DNA of 64,000 bases from Lama guanicoe. Lineage: Eukaryota. The stretch spans positions 10,623,231 through 10,687,230 of the forward strand of contig MU054187.1 of assembly GCA_013239625.1 (NCBI GenBank), in the 5' to 3' direction. The notes under the pieces were generated by a model that made no database searches, was not told the origin of the DNA, and worked only from the letters and a program-made list of their open reading frames with translations. Positions 38,751 to 52,870 of this stretch are shown here, piece after piece; positions within the stretch are counted from its first letter, which is position 1, and every line of letters starts with the position of its first letter. The position numbers and the translations under genes were made by a program.

Positions 38751-39934
38751 ACAGAAATGAGTCACAATAGGATGAAAGAAGAGTTTGAAAAAAACACGAG
38801 TTAACTCCTCTGACCTCTAAGAAATGGGATACACACGACACTGGGCCATGTTAGAGCTTCTTTTTAGACTCCTCCTTTGGTTGCTTGTAGAGTCGTTCAA
38901 GAACAGTAGAACAGGATCCCCTTGAATTCAAGGATGGGAAGTTTTCTTCCCTCATGTCAAAATCCAAGAGTGTATGTTAGAATAGAGACAAATATTTAGG
39001 ACCTGAAAAGAATCAAGGGCCAGCATTTGTTTGCACATGCATTCGCTGAGGGACAAAGGAGCTGTTTGTGGAGCACAGCTATGGGGCATGGGCGGTGCTG
39101 CCCAGAGCAGGGCAGTGAGAGATCCTTGCTCTCTCGGCACTTCCGGTCCGAGGTCTTGACAAGGGGACCACACTGGGCAGCCAGCCAGTCAGCCATCCTG
39201 GGTAGCACCGGTTCTCTTGAATATTGGCAGTAGGAGAAAGAGAGCCAAAGGATGGGGTTTTTAATGAAATGACTCAAAGAAATGGACGCCAGCTTTTGAA
39301 GCTACAGTAGAGAGTAGAATTTATAGCATGGCACTTTAACAGCATGAAAGAAATGATTCTGTTAGGGTTCCAGTGTATCTTTCTGAACCTGGGAAATATT
39401 GGTGGGTGGTAAATGGACAATTTTGATGGGAGAATAATTGATAATTAATAGACTTAATGTAAGAGTAATTAATCAGTATATTATAATATGTAATTTCCAA
39501 GCATTACCGAAACTCATCTAGAGTTGTTAATCAGAAGACATGGCAGGAGCGTGGTTAAATCCAGAGAAAGGGAGATAGATGCAAGTCATTGTTCATGAAA
39601 GAAGAGCTGTTCATAAGCTGTAAGGGAGTCTGTAATTGGGCTTTTTTTTACTAATATTTATTGGCTACAGTTCATTTATTAAATTCATCAAATATGTTTA
39701 ACGAGTGAGCACTTCTTGAACAAATACATGGCAAATGCAGAGTATAAAGAAATGAGTCTTACCTTTCGGGAGTCTGTGTAGAATATTGTTAGCACACGTG
39801 AGGACTTCATGTCAGTTTCCTTCAATGTGTCCACAGAATCCCGGGGAGTATGCCAGGGTCTGGGAAGGCTGCAGCCAGTACAGACACCAGCCTGGCCTCC
39901 TGGTGGTGGTGGTGACAGTGGTAGTAATATTAAT

Positions 39935-40140
39935 GAAAATTGCTAACATTTGCTGAGAATAAACTACATGCTGTATCCTGGGCTAAGTACTAGACATGAA
40001 TTATTTCAGGTAATCCTGGAAACAGCACTCCGGGTGCATATGGTCCTTGAACTCAACTTCCAGATGTGGAGGCAGAGTTTCAGGAGCTTAAGTCATGTGT
40101 CCACAATCGCAGAGTTATTGGCAGATTCAAGAGCCAGCTC
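39935..40140 (-). mobile_element. MIR SINE
   Basis: GCTAACATTTGCTGAG...CTTCCAGATGTGGAGGCAGAGTTTCAGGAGCTTAAGTCATGTGTCCACAATCGCAGAG. Confidence 0.65.
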
Positions 40141-42022
40141 AGGAAATTTACCTCTGATGCCCATATTCTTTGTCCCCGCACCTTTCAGACAAGACAGCTT
40201 GACGAGAGGTCTGGCAGGTGACCAGGGCAACGAGATCACGTCACAGGGGAGCAGCATTTGAGGACTCTGAGAGGAGGTGATCACAGAAGACTGTGGGCGG
40301 TATAGTGGCAGCACGCGGGATAGAAGTAAAGAAAGCCAGAGACCATGCTGTGAAGACTTTGTGTTTCAAGTTACCAAATGGAAAGCCCTTTAAGTGTTTG
40401 CATTTGAATCTGCATTTTTAAAAGATCACCTTCGAAGAATAGTGGGAAGAGACAGGACTAGAAGAGTCAGAGCGAGGCGCGCGAGTCTAGGCAAGAGACG
40501 ATGTTAGCAGTGCAGTTAGGAGAGATTTGCGAGACAGGAAGAAATATGAAATGAATGAGTGTGGAAGGTAGCAGGGTAGGTATGTTAGCATGCGGAACTG
40601 CACACACACCTTAATCTGTTGTAACTGATGAGTTTAGTTTGAACGGCTTGAGGGATTATGACATTTTTCAGCCTGGACGTGAAACTGTGGGTAATCATAA
40701 ATAAATAGATGAAGATTTTAGGAGAGCAATCATTTTAATCTTGGCCACGCCCACTCTAGGAAGGCATTGCAAAAATAGAAAAGTCAAAGACACTAAAACT
40801 ATTGCACAACACGTTTTTAAAGAAGTAGATAATTTCTACGTCTTATTTATTCTAATTATTTTCTTTATCAGGGTCAGCGTTCATGACGGATTTCTAGCTC
40901 ATCTATTTCCTACAGCTGCTTTTTTTTTCTAAGTAGCTGCATAAAATGGGATCATGTGAAAAGCACAAGGAAGGAGTAAACTCATCTGGAAACTGAGCAG
41001 AATCATTTACATTTTTTTCCAACAGGGAGAAATACATCTTTAGTTCAAAGATGATTGACACTAGTTTGCCTTGGGCTACCCAGGCCGGAAGTTCAGGTGA
41101 TGCTGCAGAGTGCATAAAACCCAGGCGACGGCAGGACCTTCCATCCGTCATAAGGAGCTTCTGTGTATGAAAGAGTGGGGTGCAGACAGCAGTCATAGCT
41201 GCTGCTATTGCAGCTTATCTCGCCTGCTTCATTCTCTTGGGAGTGGAGCAGTCACTAGTATCCTCTCCAATATTTGAATGCTGCCCAGGTAACTTCAGCT
41301 TAAAAAAGTGTCCCGGAGAACCACAGCTGATCAGATTCCTAATAACTTGTTTGTGACAGTCACTTGAACAAGGATGATGGTCTTGGCTTTTAATTAAAGG
41401 AGGACCAAAGACTTTCATAGAATAAAGGAAAATGATTTCGTGTTTTAAGATCTAAATCTGTAAGACTCTAAATATAAACACCTACAACTATATAAAGACA
41501 TATAACTCGTGAAGAATATTTTCAAATAATAGGTTCTTTAGGATGTCCCTGTACCTAGACTCTGAGTGATACATTTGCCCCAGGGGAATTTTTTTTACTT
41601 CAACATCTACATAATTTAAATTTAGGGCAAATTATTGTGGCTACAAATTCAGAGATCTTTATTACACTAGTTTTTCATGAATTTTATTTAATGCGTCAGT
41701 TTATAGCTAGAATCTGAATGCCCCTCCTCCAGCAGTAATAAGAAAGTTGGGGAGCATCCCCAAGAGAGAACCAGATAATGATTAGCTACCAAGCAAGACA
41801 TCAGAGTTCCCGACTGTGAGCATGCTGAAAGTCAGCAAATAAATCCACTGTCGGAAAATAGCTCAAAGCCGTAAACCTCATGTTGTTCCAGTTCGCCGTG
41901 GCAGTTTCACTGTGAGTTACTACCTCACCCTTGTGGTCCAGAAGGGGCGTTGCATCTCGCCACGTGTTCATTTTGATGCACTTCAGCCTTTGGGAGATTG
42001 ACTTCCTTGTTCAGCATAATTT

Positions 42023-42136
42023 TTTTTTTTTGCATGTTTGTTTTTTGCGGGGGGAGGTAATTCGGTTTATTTATCTATTTTTAATGGAGGTCCTGGGGCT
42101 GGCATGCACTCTGCCACTGACCTATACCTTCCCCAA
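42023..42136 (-). mobile_element. Camelid-type tRNA SINE with internal deletion
   Basis: GGGGGAGGTAATTCGGTTTATTTATCTATTTTTAATGGAGGTCCTGGGG...GCATGCACTCTGCCACTGACCTATACCTTCCCC. 16-bp TSD TTGTTCAG(C/T)ATAATTT at 42007-42022 and 42137-42152. Confidence 0.85.
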
Positions 42137-43079
42137 TTGTTCAGTATAATTTGAATCAACATTAAATGAGGCTTTAGAACTCTGGAGGTTTTAATGTGTA
42201 ATTAGAGCAAAATTGGCATTTTTGTCTGTGATCATGGTAAATGACCAAATATGTAGAAGATCATTGGGTCTGGAGACTCTTTTATCTAATTTATTATAGA
42301 AGTGTCATGAATCATCTTAAAGGAAAGGACTACCTTGTTTTTTTTTTAATTAGTATGTAACTTGCTTCAAGTAAGAGTTGAAGTCTTACAAAGTGAACTG
42401 TATAGTGTAGTAGATTTGAATCAATAAATGGTTGAAATATAATATCTTGCACTTAAGCCAATTGAGGAAGCTAAGCTTTGTCTGTCCAAGGAGACTGAGC
42501 TGAGAAGAGTTTTGTGTCATTGTGTACCCTGGCATCTAGAAACAGGACTGGCAAACAAGAGACCATTTCACATCTTTTCCTGACCCTAAATGTGACAGTT
42601 TGTCAGATAAAATAAAGTTGATACCTGATGTTCTAGGATCAGTTGGGACAAAGATAGGAAATAAAAACCACAGAGAATCATATATTAAACAAGTGCCAAA
42701 TTATAGTCAGGTGAACTCTACTTCAGCCAAACCCCAATTTATAAAAGAGATATTGCTGGACGTTTGTCATGAACTTCATGTAATTAATTAATAATCTAGT
42801 AACATCATAATCTGGTGGAAGAATTTACCATACAGTTACTGTCATGAACTTCTCTTTAAAATAAACAGTAGAAACGGCTTTTGTAAATAGTTAAAATACA
42901 GTGGGATTTGAGAAACTGGGATTTACAAAAGCTCATGTTTCTCACTTTTTCCAAATAATATGTTACCCATAATGAGCTCATAAAGACAGATTCACAGTAT
43001 GAGTTCAGTGGCAAAGATGGATGGAGAGGCCACAAGCAAGCACACGTCACTCCAGGTGATTTTTGACATACTTGGTGAG

Positions 43080-43200
43080 GTCACTACACCAGCTTTCATC
43101 ATTTCACAGATGAGAAAACTGAGGCTGAGAATAGAAGTAACCTGGCCAAAATCCCACAAGACCGTCCTCAAACCCCAGTGCCTCTGGTTGTGACACCCAC
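43080..43200 (-). mobile_element. MIR SINE fragment
   Basis: CATTTCACAGATGAGAAAACTGAGGCTGAGAATAGAAGTAACCTGGCCAAAATCCCACA. Confidence 0.75.
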
Positions 43201-46067
43201 TTTATTAACTCCTACTCTACATTCAGAACGTTTCATGATATTTGAAAGTAGTGAAAGGCACCCCTCAAATGGACAAACATTTCTGATTTAAGGAGAGGTT
43301 TGGGCAGTGGTGCCAAGATGTTGACCGTAAGAAGAAAGAGGTTCTGAGTAGAGTGCAATAGGTGAGGCGCTGGGAGATGGGGTGGAAGGAGGGAGAGCAG
43401 TTGGTAGAAAACTTTAAGCATCAGGATAAAGAGTTTGCTTTTGCAAATGTTGCCTGGAAAGCAACAGAAGATGCTTTGAATACAGTATCGATAGCATGTT
43501 AAACTGGGGTTGGGTGTGTTTGTACCATGGGCAGTGGGAACACTCTGGCGTCCCTCCCTACACCAAGGTGTTGTAATAACCTAACTGTGCATGCAGGTGG
43601 CTGTGAGTCACACACATAGGTCCCAGTAAACCCAGCCTAAGTGCATCTTTAATTCTACTCCCTTTATTAGCTCAGTTCCAGAAAGAACCACGGCCATTTG
43701 AACATCCTAGAACATGACAGAGGAAAATTGGGACATAAAAAGACAGTAGTCATAGCTATTTGCAGTCAAAACATTTTGCTTTTGTAGATTCGGAAAAGCT
43801 TATGACTATTATGAACAGCTTCCTGGGGATCGTATAAATAAGGGACTCTGAAACGCAGCCTTCTTTAGCTTGATCGTAAATCGACTCTTGCCAGGACCTA
43901 GTTGGTACTTGCAGGAACTAAACAGACACTCAAAAATATTTGTTGAGTGAGGGAGTGAATGGCTGGATAGAGGGGTACTTCTCTGTGACTCTTTCATAGC
44001 ATTTGCTAAATCTAAATGCCTTTCCAATTAAATTGGACCCAATAACCACAGGTTACATTTATCATATTAGAACTATGCTAAATCTCTGAGTGGTGTGGGA
44101 ATCTATTTTTAATATGAAATATGTCAAGAAGATGTATTCATTATAAGCACAGGTATATTGACCCTTTCTTTTTTCTTCCTATGGGGAAATGCACCATTTC
44201 TGCATAATTTTGCAGCCCTGTCAAGTGCACTCTCTCAGGAGGATGCCCTGAGCAGGGCTGTTACTTGGAATGTCTTATAACTAAAATTATGAGGCAACTT
44301 TCCTTAGTGTATATGTTATATTTACCTTTTTATGAAGGACAGATTCTACTCTGTGACCTTTATTTGTTTTATTTTTGTGACTCCCAGGGAAAGAGTGGTC
44401 TAAATTTTTTTAATGATATTGCGGCAAGAAGGAGCCAAAAAATTGAAAGCGTGTATTTTCCAGGATGGAGTAAAAGATAGATATATTTAAATTTTAATTT
44501 AACTGCCCCATGTGAGAACAGAGAGAGTTCTAGAAAGGAAATTGGCAGGTCAGACAAGAAATTTCGTATTGAATGGGATTTGGTTGGGGTTCCCAGTCTT
44601 TGGTATGTTCCTTCCCTTCTCTTACCCAGGATTAGTAGATCAGTCTCAGTGGTAAGCAGAGAAGTACCGAGAAAATCAAATGATCTCTCCCAGAACCTGA
44701 CTCTGGGTATACATTTATGCACCATGGACAAGCCAGATTCTGCTCTCTGGGTCCGGAGTCTTTCAGAGAATGCCAGAATCAAAATGCTTCTTGCAAATGC
44801 TGAGTTTTTCCACTTGACATTCGGATTGAGAGAGATGAGAGAATATAAAAAGCTATGGGGTGAATAATGGGATATTGACGGCAAAGTTGAAGGCTTATTG
44901 CCAGGCATTCTTACACGTGCATAATTTAGAGGAATGGGATTCTGTGATGCTGTGATGGAAAAACTCGGCCTCCACTGGATAAATCAACTGTGAATCCAAT
45001 ACAGGAAATATTTCCCATGTTGACCTGGTTGTCTCTTTCTAAACTTTTCACTTTTTAAAAATTTCAAATTAATCTTGGGACCTGTTCGGAGTATACACAG
45101 TACAAAAAGGCACACACAGACAAAGCCATCTTCTCTTGACATACTGGTGAAAGAAAACACACGTATCCATTTTAAGGTAGATTTTTCTATTAGATGATGT
45201 ATTGTGGTTGGTTTTAAAGAAATGCTACTTTGAGGTAGCCTGTCTGAGAACATGTTACTGGCCACGTTGATTGATCGGAAGATTACAGTAAAATCTTTTA
45301 AAGTCTCTGGCAGATAATTTGCCACCTTACTGCTGTTTACTACAGCTTGAAGTAGAGGGAAAATAAATCAGTTTAATAGGATTCAGAAAACGGATAAAAA
45401 TTATAGGCTGCCTGTTAAAAGTCCTCCAGGATGAGTAAGAGTTTGTTCCAAGTTGAGGAGGGCAAGTCAGGCTTGATCAGGAAGCGCAGACATATTTCAC
45501 TGTGATCAGAAAAAGATACAGATTTTTCTCTTAGCTTCATTCAGCCTGGTGTAATGAGCATTATTGATTAAAATGTTGGGATCAATAAGGACTGAAAATT
45601 GGAGTAGAGGAGACCTTAAGGAGGAGAAAAAGGTTATGGTCTGTGGAGTAAGCTGACAATTAAATGCTTTGTAAAAATTGATTTTTGAAACGTGAACTAT
45701 CAGTTATAGCTCTTGGCTTTCATTGGCACATGCCTGCAAGTACAGGTAATACTAAAATTATATGTTATTATCAGACTCGTCCACTAAATGTTTATAAACA
45801 TCGAATACTGCTGGAAGCTAAATGCAAGACCACAAGACCCTCTTCAAGCCTCAGTGCCTCTGGTTGTAACACCCACGTTATTAGGTGCCAGCCCGTCTGA
45901 CTCTGTGTGATTAACGCTTTCTAAGGAGTCCTCTGGAATGTTAATGAGGAAGCTGCTTTTCATGTCATTTAACAGCCAATGGTACTGATCATGTTTCTCC
46001 TTAGAATGCAATTATCTATAATAATACAGATACCCTTTGTCGGGTTTTTTCCTTTTTTTAAGGTTTA

Positions 46068-46335
46068 CTTTTTTTTATTGAAGTATAGTTGATTCACAGT
46101 GTTTCAGGTGTACAGCAACTGATTCAGTTATACATATATATGTATGCTTTTCAGATTTTTTCCATTATAGATTATTACAAATATTGAATATAGTTCCCTG
46201 TGCTATACAGATATATATAATTTCATATATAGTAATGTGTATCTATTTATCCCAAATTCTAAACTTATCTTTCTCCTCCTCCCTTTCCCCTTTGGAAACC
46301 ATAAGTTTCTTTTTTATGTCAGTGAGTCTCTTTCT
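46068..46335 (-). mobile_element. Short L1 3' end (artiodactyl-type), antisense
   Basis: TTTTTTATTGAAGTATAGTTGATTCACAGTGTTTCAGGTGTACAGC...TTGAATATAGTTCCCTGTGCTATACAG...CCCTTTGGAAACCATAAGTTT. Confidence 0.85.
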
Positions 46336-47376
46336 GTCAGTTTTTTCTGAAAATGACAGCAGTAATGTTTTAAGTCCCTTTCTGCTCTTTTTCTTAATTC
46401 ATCAGTATCAGAGTCTACTGGGTGGATCGGGCGTCTATGGTACTGCTTCATAACCAGGGGTAAAAGCGGTAGATATTCCTCACATTTACGTTGTACTGTA
46501 GAATTTTCTTTGGTAGGGAAGACTAAACAGATGGAGAAAAATAATGTATGTAAAACATCAGACTGCAGGGAAGAAAGTGCAGAAGTGGAGAAAAGACAGT
46601 CAAACTACCAATCAGTTGAAAAATGATGTAAAACAAAATCTGCTGTTAGGAATGTTAGGAAAAAGATCTAAAGGTAATGAGCATTTTCATGGAATATATG
46701 CAGGAGGTACCCCCAAGTCACAGTTCCGACACCTGCATCTGAAAAATAGTAACAAGTAAACTTAAAGGCTCACAGCTGCCTAAGAGCTGCGATAGGGAAA
46801 AATGTAGAAGAACATGAGAGAATTGCCTTAATGAAGGAAAAGGCCCAAGACTCACCAATCACTAAATGCAGGAGCTGAATTCTGAATTTTTGGGGGGCTG
46901 CTTTTGGCACCACGTTGCTGAAGAACTAATTCAAAGTTACTTTTCAAAATTTTTCAGTCTTTTAGATGGGGTCCAGGAAACATGCTTCTTAAAAACAATT
47001 CTGACCTTAGTGAATATGAATTTCACTTTTTCTCTAAGATATTGTGTATAAATCAGTATCAGTCTATTAACTATCACTGTGTAGATATGAATGAAAAATT
47101 AAGAAATCATTTCTTATAAATTACATGAAATATCAGTAAAGAATAATGTTGATAATAAAATTTATTCTAATTCTGCTTACTTAATTTCCTCTGTGTAAGC
47201 TCTCTCATGAACAGAGTTTATTATGGGTTTGTTTTTAAATTTAAATACTTAATTTAGGAGGACCCCAGCAGTGCACCTCTATAATCAACTTTTATACAGG
47301 TGTTCTATGCAGAAAAATCAGTGGTTCATTGTCTGGGTTGCTTTGAATTTGGCCGGTTCGTTTTGATTTTGAAGTT

Positions 47377-47560
47377 TGTGGAGGAGAGGAAAAAATTAAT
47401 TCCCCTCTACTCTTCTGACTTCTTAGCTGAGATCCTTGTAGTAAAAGACAGATTAACAAGAGGGAAGCAAACAGACAATTGCTAACATGTATACCTCATG
47501 AGTACGTGAGAGACACCTAGGGAAAAATGAGTACCTCTTCGAGGAGGCAGATTTAAAGGT
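47377..47560 (-). mobile_element. Partial ERV1-class LTR (MER34-like)
   Basis: TGTGGAGGAGAGGAAAAAATTAATTCCCCTCTACTCTTCTGACTTCTTAGCTGAGATCC...AAAAGACAGATTAACAAGAG...AACATGTATACCTCATG...GGGAAAAATGAGTA resembles one end of laurasiatherian MER34-type LTRs (from memory). Confidence 0.6.
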
Positions 47561-47605
47561 GGCATATGTGCTACCTGTCATTAGCGACCATCTTGTGGGC
47601 TCTGA

Positions 47606-47818
<213 letters not shown>

Positions 47819-49988
47819 TGACAGACACTTTCCCAGGCCCAGAAAGTACATGGTGAACAAGAAACACTGATTCCCTGGGAAGAAGACAGCACAGACATCT
47901 ATGTGAGGGTTCTCCAAGAAACTTAGCCAACCTGAGAGAGGGATGTCCAAGAGGAAGGATGTCTGAAGGAGGAAAGGGAGTTGGCCAGACAGAATGGGCA
48001 GCAGTGGATTTGGGGCTGTGGATTTGAGGATCAGAGGACATGTGGCATCTTCTGGGAATGGCAGGTGGTTTAGTGAAGCTGGGGAGTAGATTGCGGAAAG
48101 GGGTGGGGCAAAGAAGAAGAGAAAAGAACTGAGGGCCCTACTCACTTCTGGAGACCTCAGAGGGACTTCCCCACCATGCTAAGAAGTTCCTACATTTTTC
48201 TGAGGAAGCAGCACATCCCTCAGATTTTCCTTCCAGCCTTTGGACTGTCTTTCGGTCACTGAAGTACTTGTAGGCGAGAACCCACTCTGTTACAGAACGA
48301 ATGAACCCTCTATGCAGTAGCTCAATAATATTTTAAGTGTGGTTGTTTGTTTTTTAACCCGTAAGATTCTTGAAAAAGATAACAAAAATGCACTCACATC
48401 CAATTTACTGATTATTAGGAAAATGTGCTTAATCTAGCAGAAAAGACACAAGTCGGTAGAAAGACGAAGTTAAAAGACATCAATTTTATATTTTTTTCTG
48501 CTGCCTTTTCTTAGGACTACCAAAGAAAATTGATTTAACAAACCCCTCTACTTGGTGATTTAGTTTGAAGTATCCAGTGATAGTGAGTGACTTAATTTTT
48601 AAGATATGCTTTTGTAATTATGTCTGCTGTATTTACTAAAGACCTAGTATATAACTCTCAGGCAAACTTATAAATCCCTATGGGTTTGCTCCCAAGATTG
48701 CACTATAAAATGTCAACCAAGCTAAAAGAAAAATCCATGGAAACGGCCCTAAATGAGGGTGGCGCCTGCTTTGGGGTCTGCAGAGAGATGAGGTACAGTG
48801 AGCACACAGACATCGGTGCTTCAGGTTGGGAATCCCGGAACTGAAGACTGGAAACCAAGGTCCAAGAGGGATTTGCTGAGTAAAGATCAGATCCGTGAGA
48901 AGCACATGACACACCGTGGTTCAGCTGGGAAAGGGCAAATACAGATGCAAATGCCAGCAGGTTTTGGAAGGATTTTCGGCTGGATATGCAAATTTGGTTT
49001 TAAAAAGTAGATCAAAGTAAACTCGTGATTATCCATACCAGGGTAGGGATTTGGGTGCTAAAACATACAGAAAGAGATTAACCTTTCTGTTTCACTCTGT
49101 TGCTGTTAGAGTAAGTTTGCAGTAAGACTTGGAGGAGCCCCTTCAAAATTATGGTTTGTGGCAAGACTGAGAGACTTATAATTAACTTTTTTAAAAGAAT
49201 AATCCAGTAAAGAGGTCATTATGAGTTGGCTACTTATACATTCTTACTATATGGATTTGAATAACCAAAACCTTTAATTTCTTATGGCTGAAAATTGAAC
49301 TAGATAAACTAGAGATGGGAAAAGTAAAAACAATATTACCTAGGCCTTCATGACTTGTTTAACTGATGGAAACCTCTTTAAAATATATTTATATATGTGA
49401 TTAATATGTATCATTATATATTAAAAGACTAAAAAATTATGAAGTCTGTAAGTTGATTTCTAAACTGCACTATTTTTCAGTATTTATTACTCCCTCCTTT
49501 TTTAAAATAAATACATTTAGGAGGGGTAGCTTCCTTCCTTTGTTGCTTGTTTCTCTGCTCCCAGTTACGACGTCTCCAAGTGGTTCTGAGACAAAGATCT
49601 GATTTCTGCCTTCTTTGTGAGAGATTGCGGAGCCTGGGGTCCTCTCTTTACAGAAACTGGGGTAGGCTGGTGCACAGAAGAGACTTCTGCAATATTCCTT
49701 CTGTTGCTGATCCCTTTTCCAGTATCCAGCAGGTACAGGCAGTGGGATTAATGGCTGGAATCCAATCTACAAGCCAGCTCTTACCCACTGAGTAGTTAGA
49801 ACACAAGTGTGGGTCAAAAATCGAACTTTTCTGTCCTTTTGTCTTTTCGTCATTCAGATTCAGCTTTCCAGAGACTGGTTAGAATGTTTGCCTGGTTAAT
49901 GAGTAATATTTTCTAAGATCTTTGGTTTCTTTTTTAGGAAGAAGGAGCTTTTCAGCATGGTTTATTGTTCTTATTCCTAATTGCAGTG

Positions 49989-50210
49989 CACTCATCCCTT
50001 ATTACCCACCAGAGATTGGTCCCAGGAGCCCCCACAGATAGCAAATCTGCAGATGTGCAAATCCCTTGTATAAAATGGCAGAGTACAGTGAATAGACTAG
50101 GCCCTCTGCATCTCTGGGTTTCTGCATCCGGTTCAACCAACCGCGGATGGGTGACACCATTGACTGAATCTGCAGATACAGAAACCCACAACTACGGAAA
50201 GCCAACTGTA
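49989..50210. mobile_element. MER2-like TcMar-Tigger DNA transposon fossil
   Basis: GATTGGTCCCAGGAGCCCCCACAGATAGCAAATCTGCAGATGTGCAAATCCCTTGTATAAAATGGCAGAGTA...TTCAACCAACCGCGGAT..., ending CCAACTG+TA. Confidence 0.8.
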
Positions 50211-50899
50211 GTTCCCATGTACAGATTTGATGATTTTATGTGTATACCTTTCATAGAGCTATTGTTTTAATTATCTGGTTGAGTTAGAAGGAAAGATAAA
50301 GGATGGAAGGGAAGGGCATTGCCCCGAGTTTTTGGTAATGATTATACTAACCCTAATAATCCTAGGCAGCATTTTCACATAACCAGCTGACCTGGTTAAT
50401 AAAAGGTTTGAGGTAGAAACACTCATTTACATTATAAGCTTCAGGTTTCCTATCCTCTAAATTATATGTTCCAAGTATTCTTTGGTGGAAGCCTACCAAA
50501 AATTCTTTTTCAACCTTTTTAATAAAAACTTGGATTCTGAAGAATTCTGTCCCCTTGCCTACAGTGTCAGGGCATTATACTGAGCACTAAGAACAAAGCC
50601 TGAGGGCGATGTGGTTGTTGCCTAGTATCGTGGTAGACGCGTGCAGGCAGATCACCATGATGTACCCACAGGCAAGTGCTCTCCTGGATGTGCAATCTCA
50701 GTGTGTCAGGACATAAAGCAGGGAACAGGTGAACGAATGGACGGTGGTCCCCGAACAGCTGGAGCACTGAGTGTGTGTTGTTATGGTGCCACTGGTTTCT
50801 CCACTAATACCCGGTACAGAGTAAATGCTAAGTGACGTTTATTCGGTGAATTAGTTCTAACTAGGACAACTGGAAAATGGCTTCACGCAAACAGTAAAT

Positions 50900-51135
50900 A
50901 TATGATAGTGGCCAAGAGCGCAGATTCTAGAGCCAGGCAGCCTCAGCTTGAATCCCAGCTTCAGTGTTTACTGTCTGTGTAATTTGCGGCAAGACTCTTA
51001 GCTTCTCTGTTACTCAGTTTCCTCGTTATTAAACAAAGATAATCATGGTACTTGCTGCGTAGTGTTGCTGTGAGGCCTAAATACTGAGAGCACTTGACAC
51101 AGTACCTTTTGCAGTGCGTGAGCCATCAGTTACTA
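50900..51135 (+). mobile_element. MIR SINE
   Basis: ATAGTGGCCAAGAGCGCAGATTCTAGAGCCAGGCAGCCTCAGCTTGAATCCCAGCT...CTCAGTTTCCTCGTT...GTTGCTGTGAGG. Confidence 0.82.
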
Positions 51136-51394
51136 GCTCAGGCAACATTTGATTCGGGCCTCAGAGGACAGATGTGATGCAGACCGGTGGGGAAGAGGAC
51201 AGAGAGGGTGTTTGGGTAGAGGGAGCTGCATGAGCAAGGTGTAAAAGTGCAGGTTGCTGGCACATTGAGTATATGAAGAACTTGATGACTGATTTCTGAG
51301 TGGAATATACCAGCAGTTGTATTTGGCATGATAAGCTTCCATTTTATTTGAAAGCTTTTAAGCCAAAATCTTTCTATAAATTGTTTAATAGAAT

Positions 51395-52870
51395 ATTATG
51401 AGACTAAAGACAAAAAGAATTACACACAAATACTATACTCTAGTTTGTAAATCTGTTTCTCACAGGGATATGATTTAGAAATTCTAAAACTAGCTTATAT
51501 GTACACTAGGATGGAGCAAATAAGAAAGTATATTGTAAGTAATAAGAATCAAGCTTCTTACTGTCTGAGAAAGAAGTTACAAATAAGGAAAGGAAGAAGG
51601 CTGGAATTCAGAATGAACCCTGTGGTGTTGGATTGGAGTCAGAAGTATTGGCTTGAACTGATGGACACACACAGTATAGACAGATGTAAAAATAAATGCA
51701 GATGTTTGAGAACATTTGCATTAGGCAGCTAACTCGGCCTGCTGAGAAGACCCCGAAGCAGTTACGCACCGGTAACAGTATGGGGCATACCCAGTGTCCA
51801 GACCTTGGGTTCTCAAAATCGTTCTCCATTTAAAAAGATCCAGGGATTCTTGGAGCTGCGGATAATTCCCTGCTGAGACAGGAAAGTGAGCCTGGAACAT
51901 CTTGAGGTGCCAGAAAGTAATTAAGCGCTCAAAAATGATGGTTATGTGAGCAGGACACAAGACGCAAACTGAAGGTGCTCCCGGTGGCCAAAACTGGAAT
52001 GATCTGAACAGCAAAATATTACTAATAATAAAAAACACTGGATTATAACTCATAGAATAAAATCAATATCTACAAATCTATTCTGGTTTCAGTAAATACT
52101 TGAATAAATAGATCGTTGGGGAGAAGGGGTAACTCTTCCTAACAGAAGCATCCCAGTTCACAAAGACTACAGGGTATTGTTGCAGGCAAGAGGCCCCAGT
52201 AGAGGCTAAAATCAGTGAGCAAAAGTTTGAAGAGAAGCCAGATATGTGCATAGTCTCCTAGTATCTCCCCCAACGTATTTATTACCAGCAAAAGAAAGAT
52301 GGTGAGTTTGCAGTGGAAAAATCTGGCCAATGTCACCTTAACCAAGTGATGAGAGTTAATGACACCCACCGGACGCATCAGCATCATGGGACACGGTGAT
52401 GACCAGCATCGGTGACACGGTGCACTAGGAAGGCATCACTTCTGTGACTGCCTTGCCAAAAGTACACTATCTTCTGTCTAATCGTAAGGAAACAGCTGCC
52501 AAACCCAAACTGAGAGATGTTCTGCGAAAGAGTGATCAGTACTCATCCGAAGTATTAAGGTCGTGGAAGATCAATGGAGCCTGAGGAATTGCACCAGGTT
52601 GGAGGAGACCATGGAGACGGGAAGACAAAATGCAGTGTGGGTTCCTGGATTGGATCCTGGGATCGAAAAGGGGCATTAGTGGGGGAAATGGTGAAATTTG
52701 AGTAAGACGTGCAGCTTAGCTAGTAGCATTTCCTGGCTTTCCTCATCGTCCTGTGGTCAAGTGAAGGGTTCATGTTAGAGGGAGTTTGCCTAGTGAGTAA
52801 ACGATGTGACCACTCCGTGCTGCTTTTAAGCTTTTCTCTAAGTCTAAAATTACTTCAAAATAAAGAGGTT
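51395..52870 (+). mobile_element. L1MC3/MC4-like long 3'UTR remnant
   Basis: ACTAAAGACAAAAAGAATTACACACAAATACTATACTCTAGT...AGAATGAACCCTGTGGTGTTGGATTGGAGTCAGA...TGCAGTGTGGGTTCCTGGATTGGATCCTGG...TAAGTCTAAAATTACTTCAAAATAAA. Confidence 0.8.

Noticed and set aside
44369..44908. 179-aa minus-strand ORF
   Set aside because: Ser/Leu/Phe-rich, with no recognisable family or supporting gene structure; consistent with a chance ORF.
52379..52422. Short imperfect direct repeat CAGCATC..GACACGGTG x2
   Set aside because: Only two ~20-bp copies inside an old L1MC element, consistent with local slippage.
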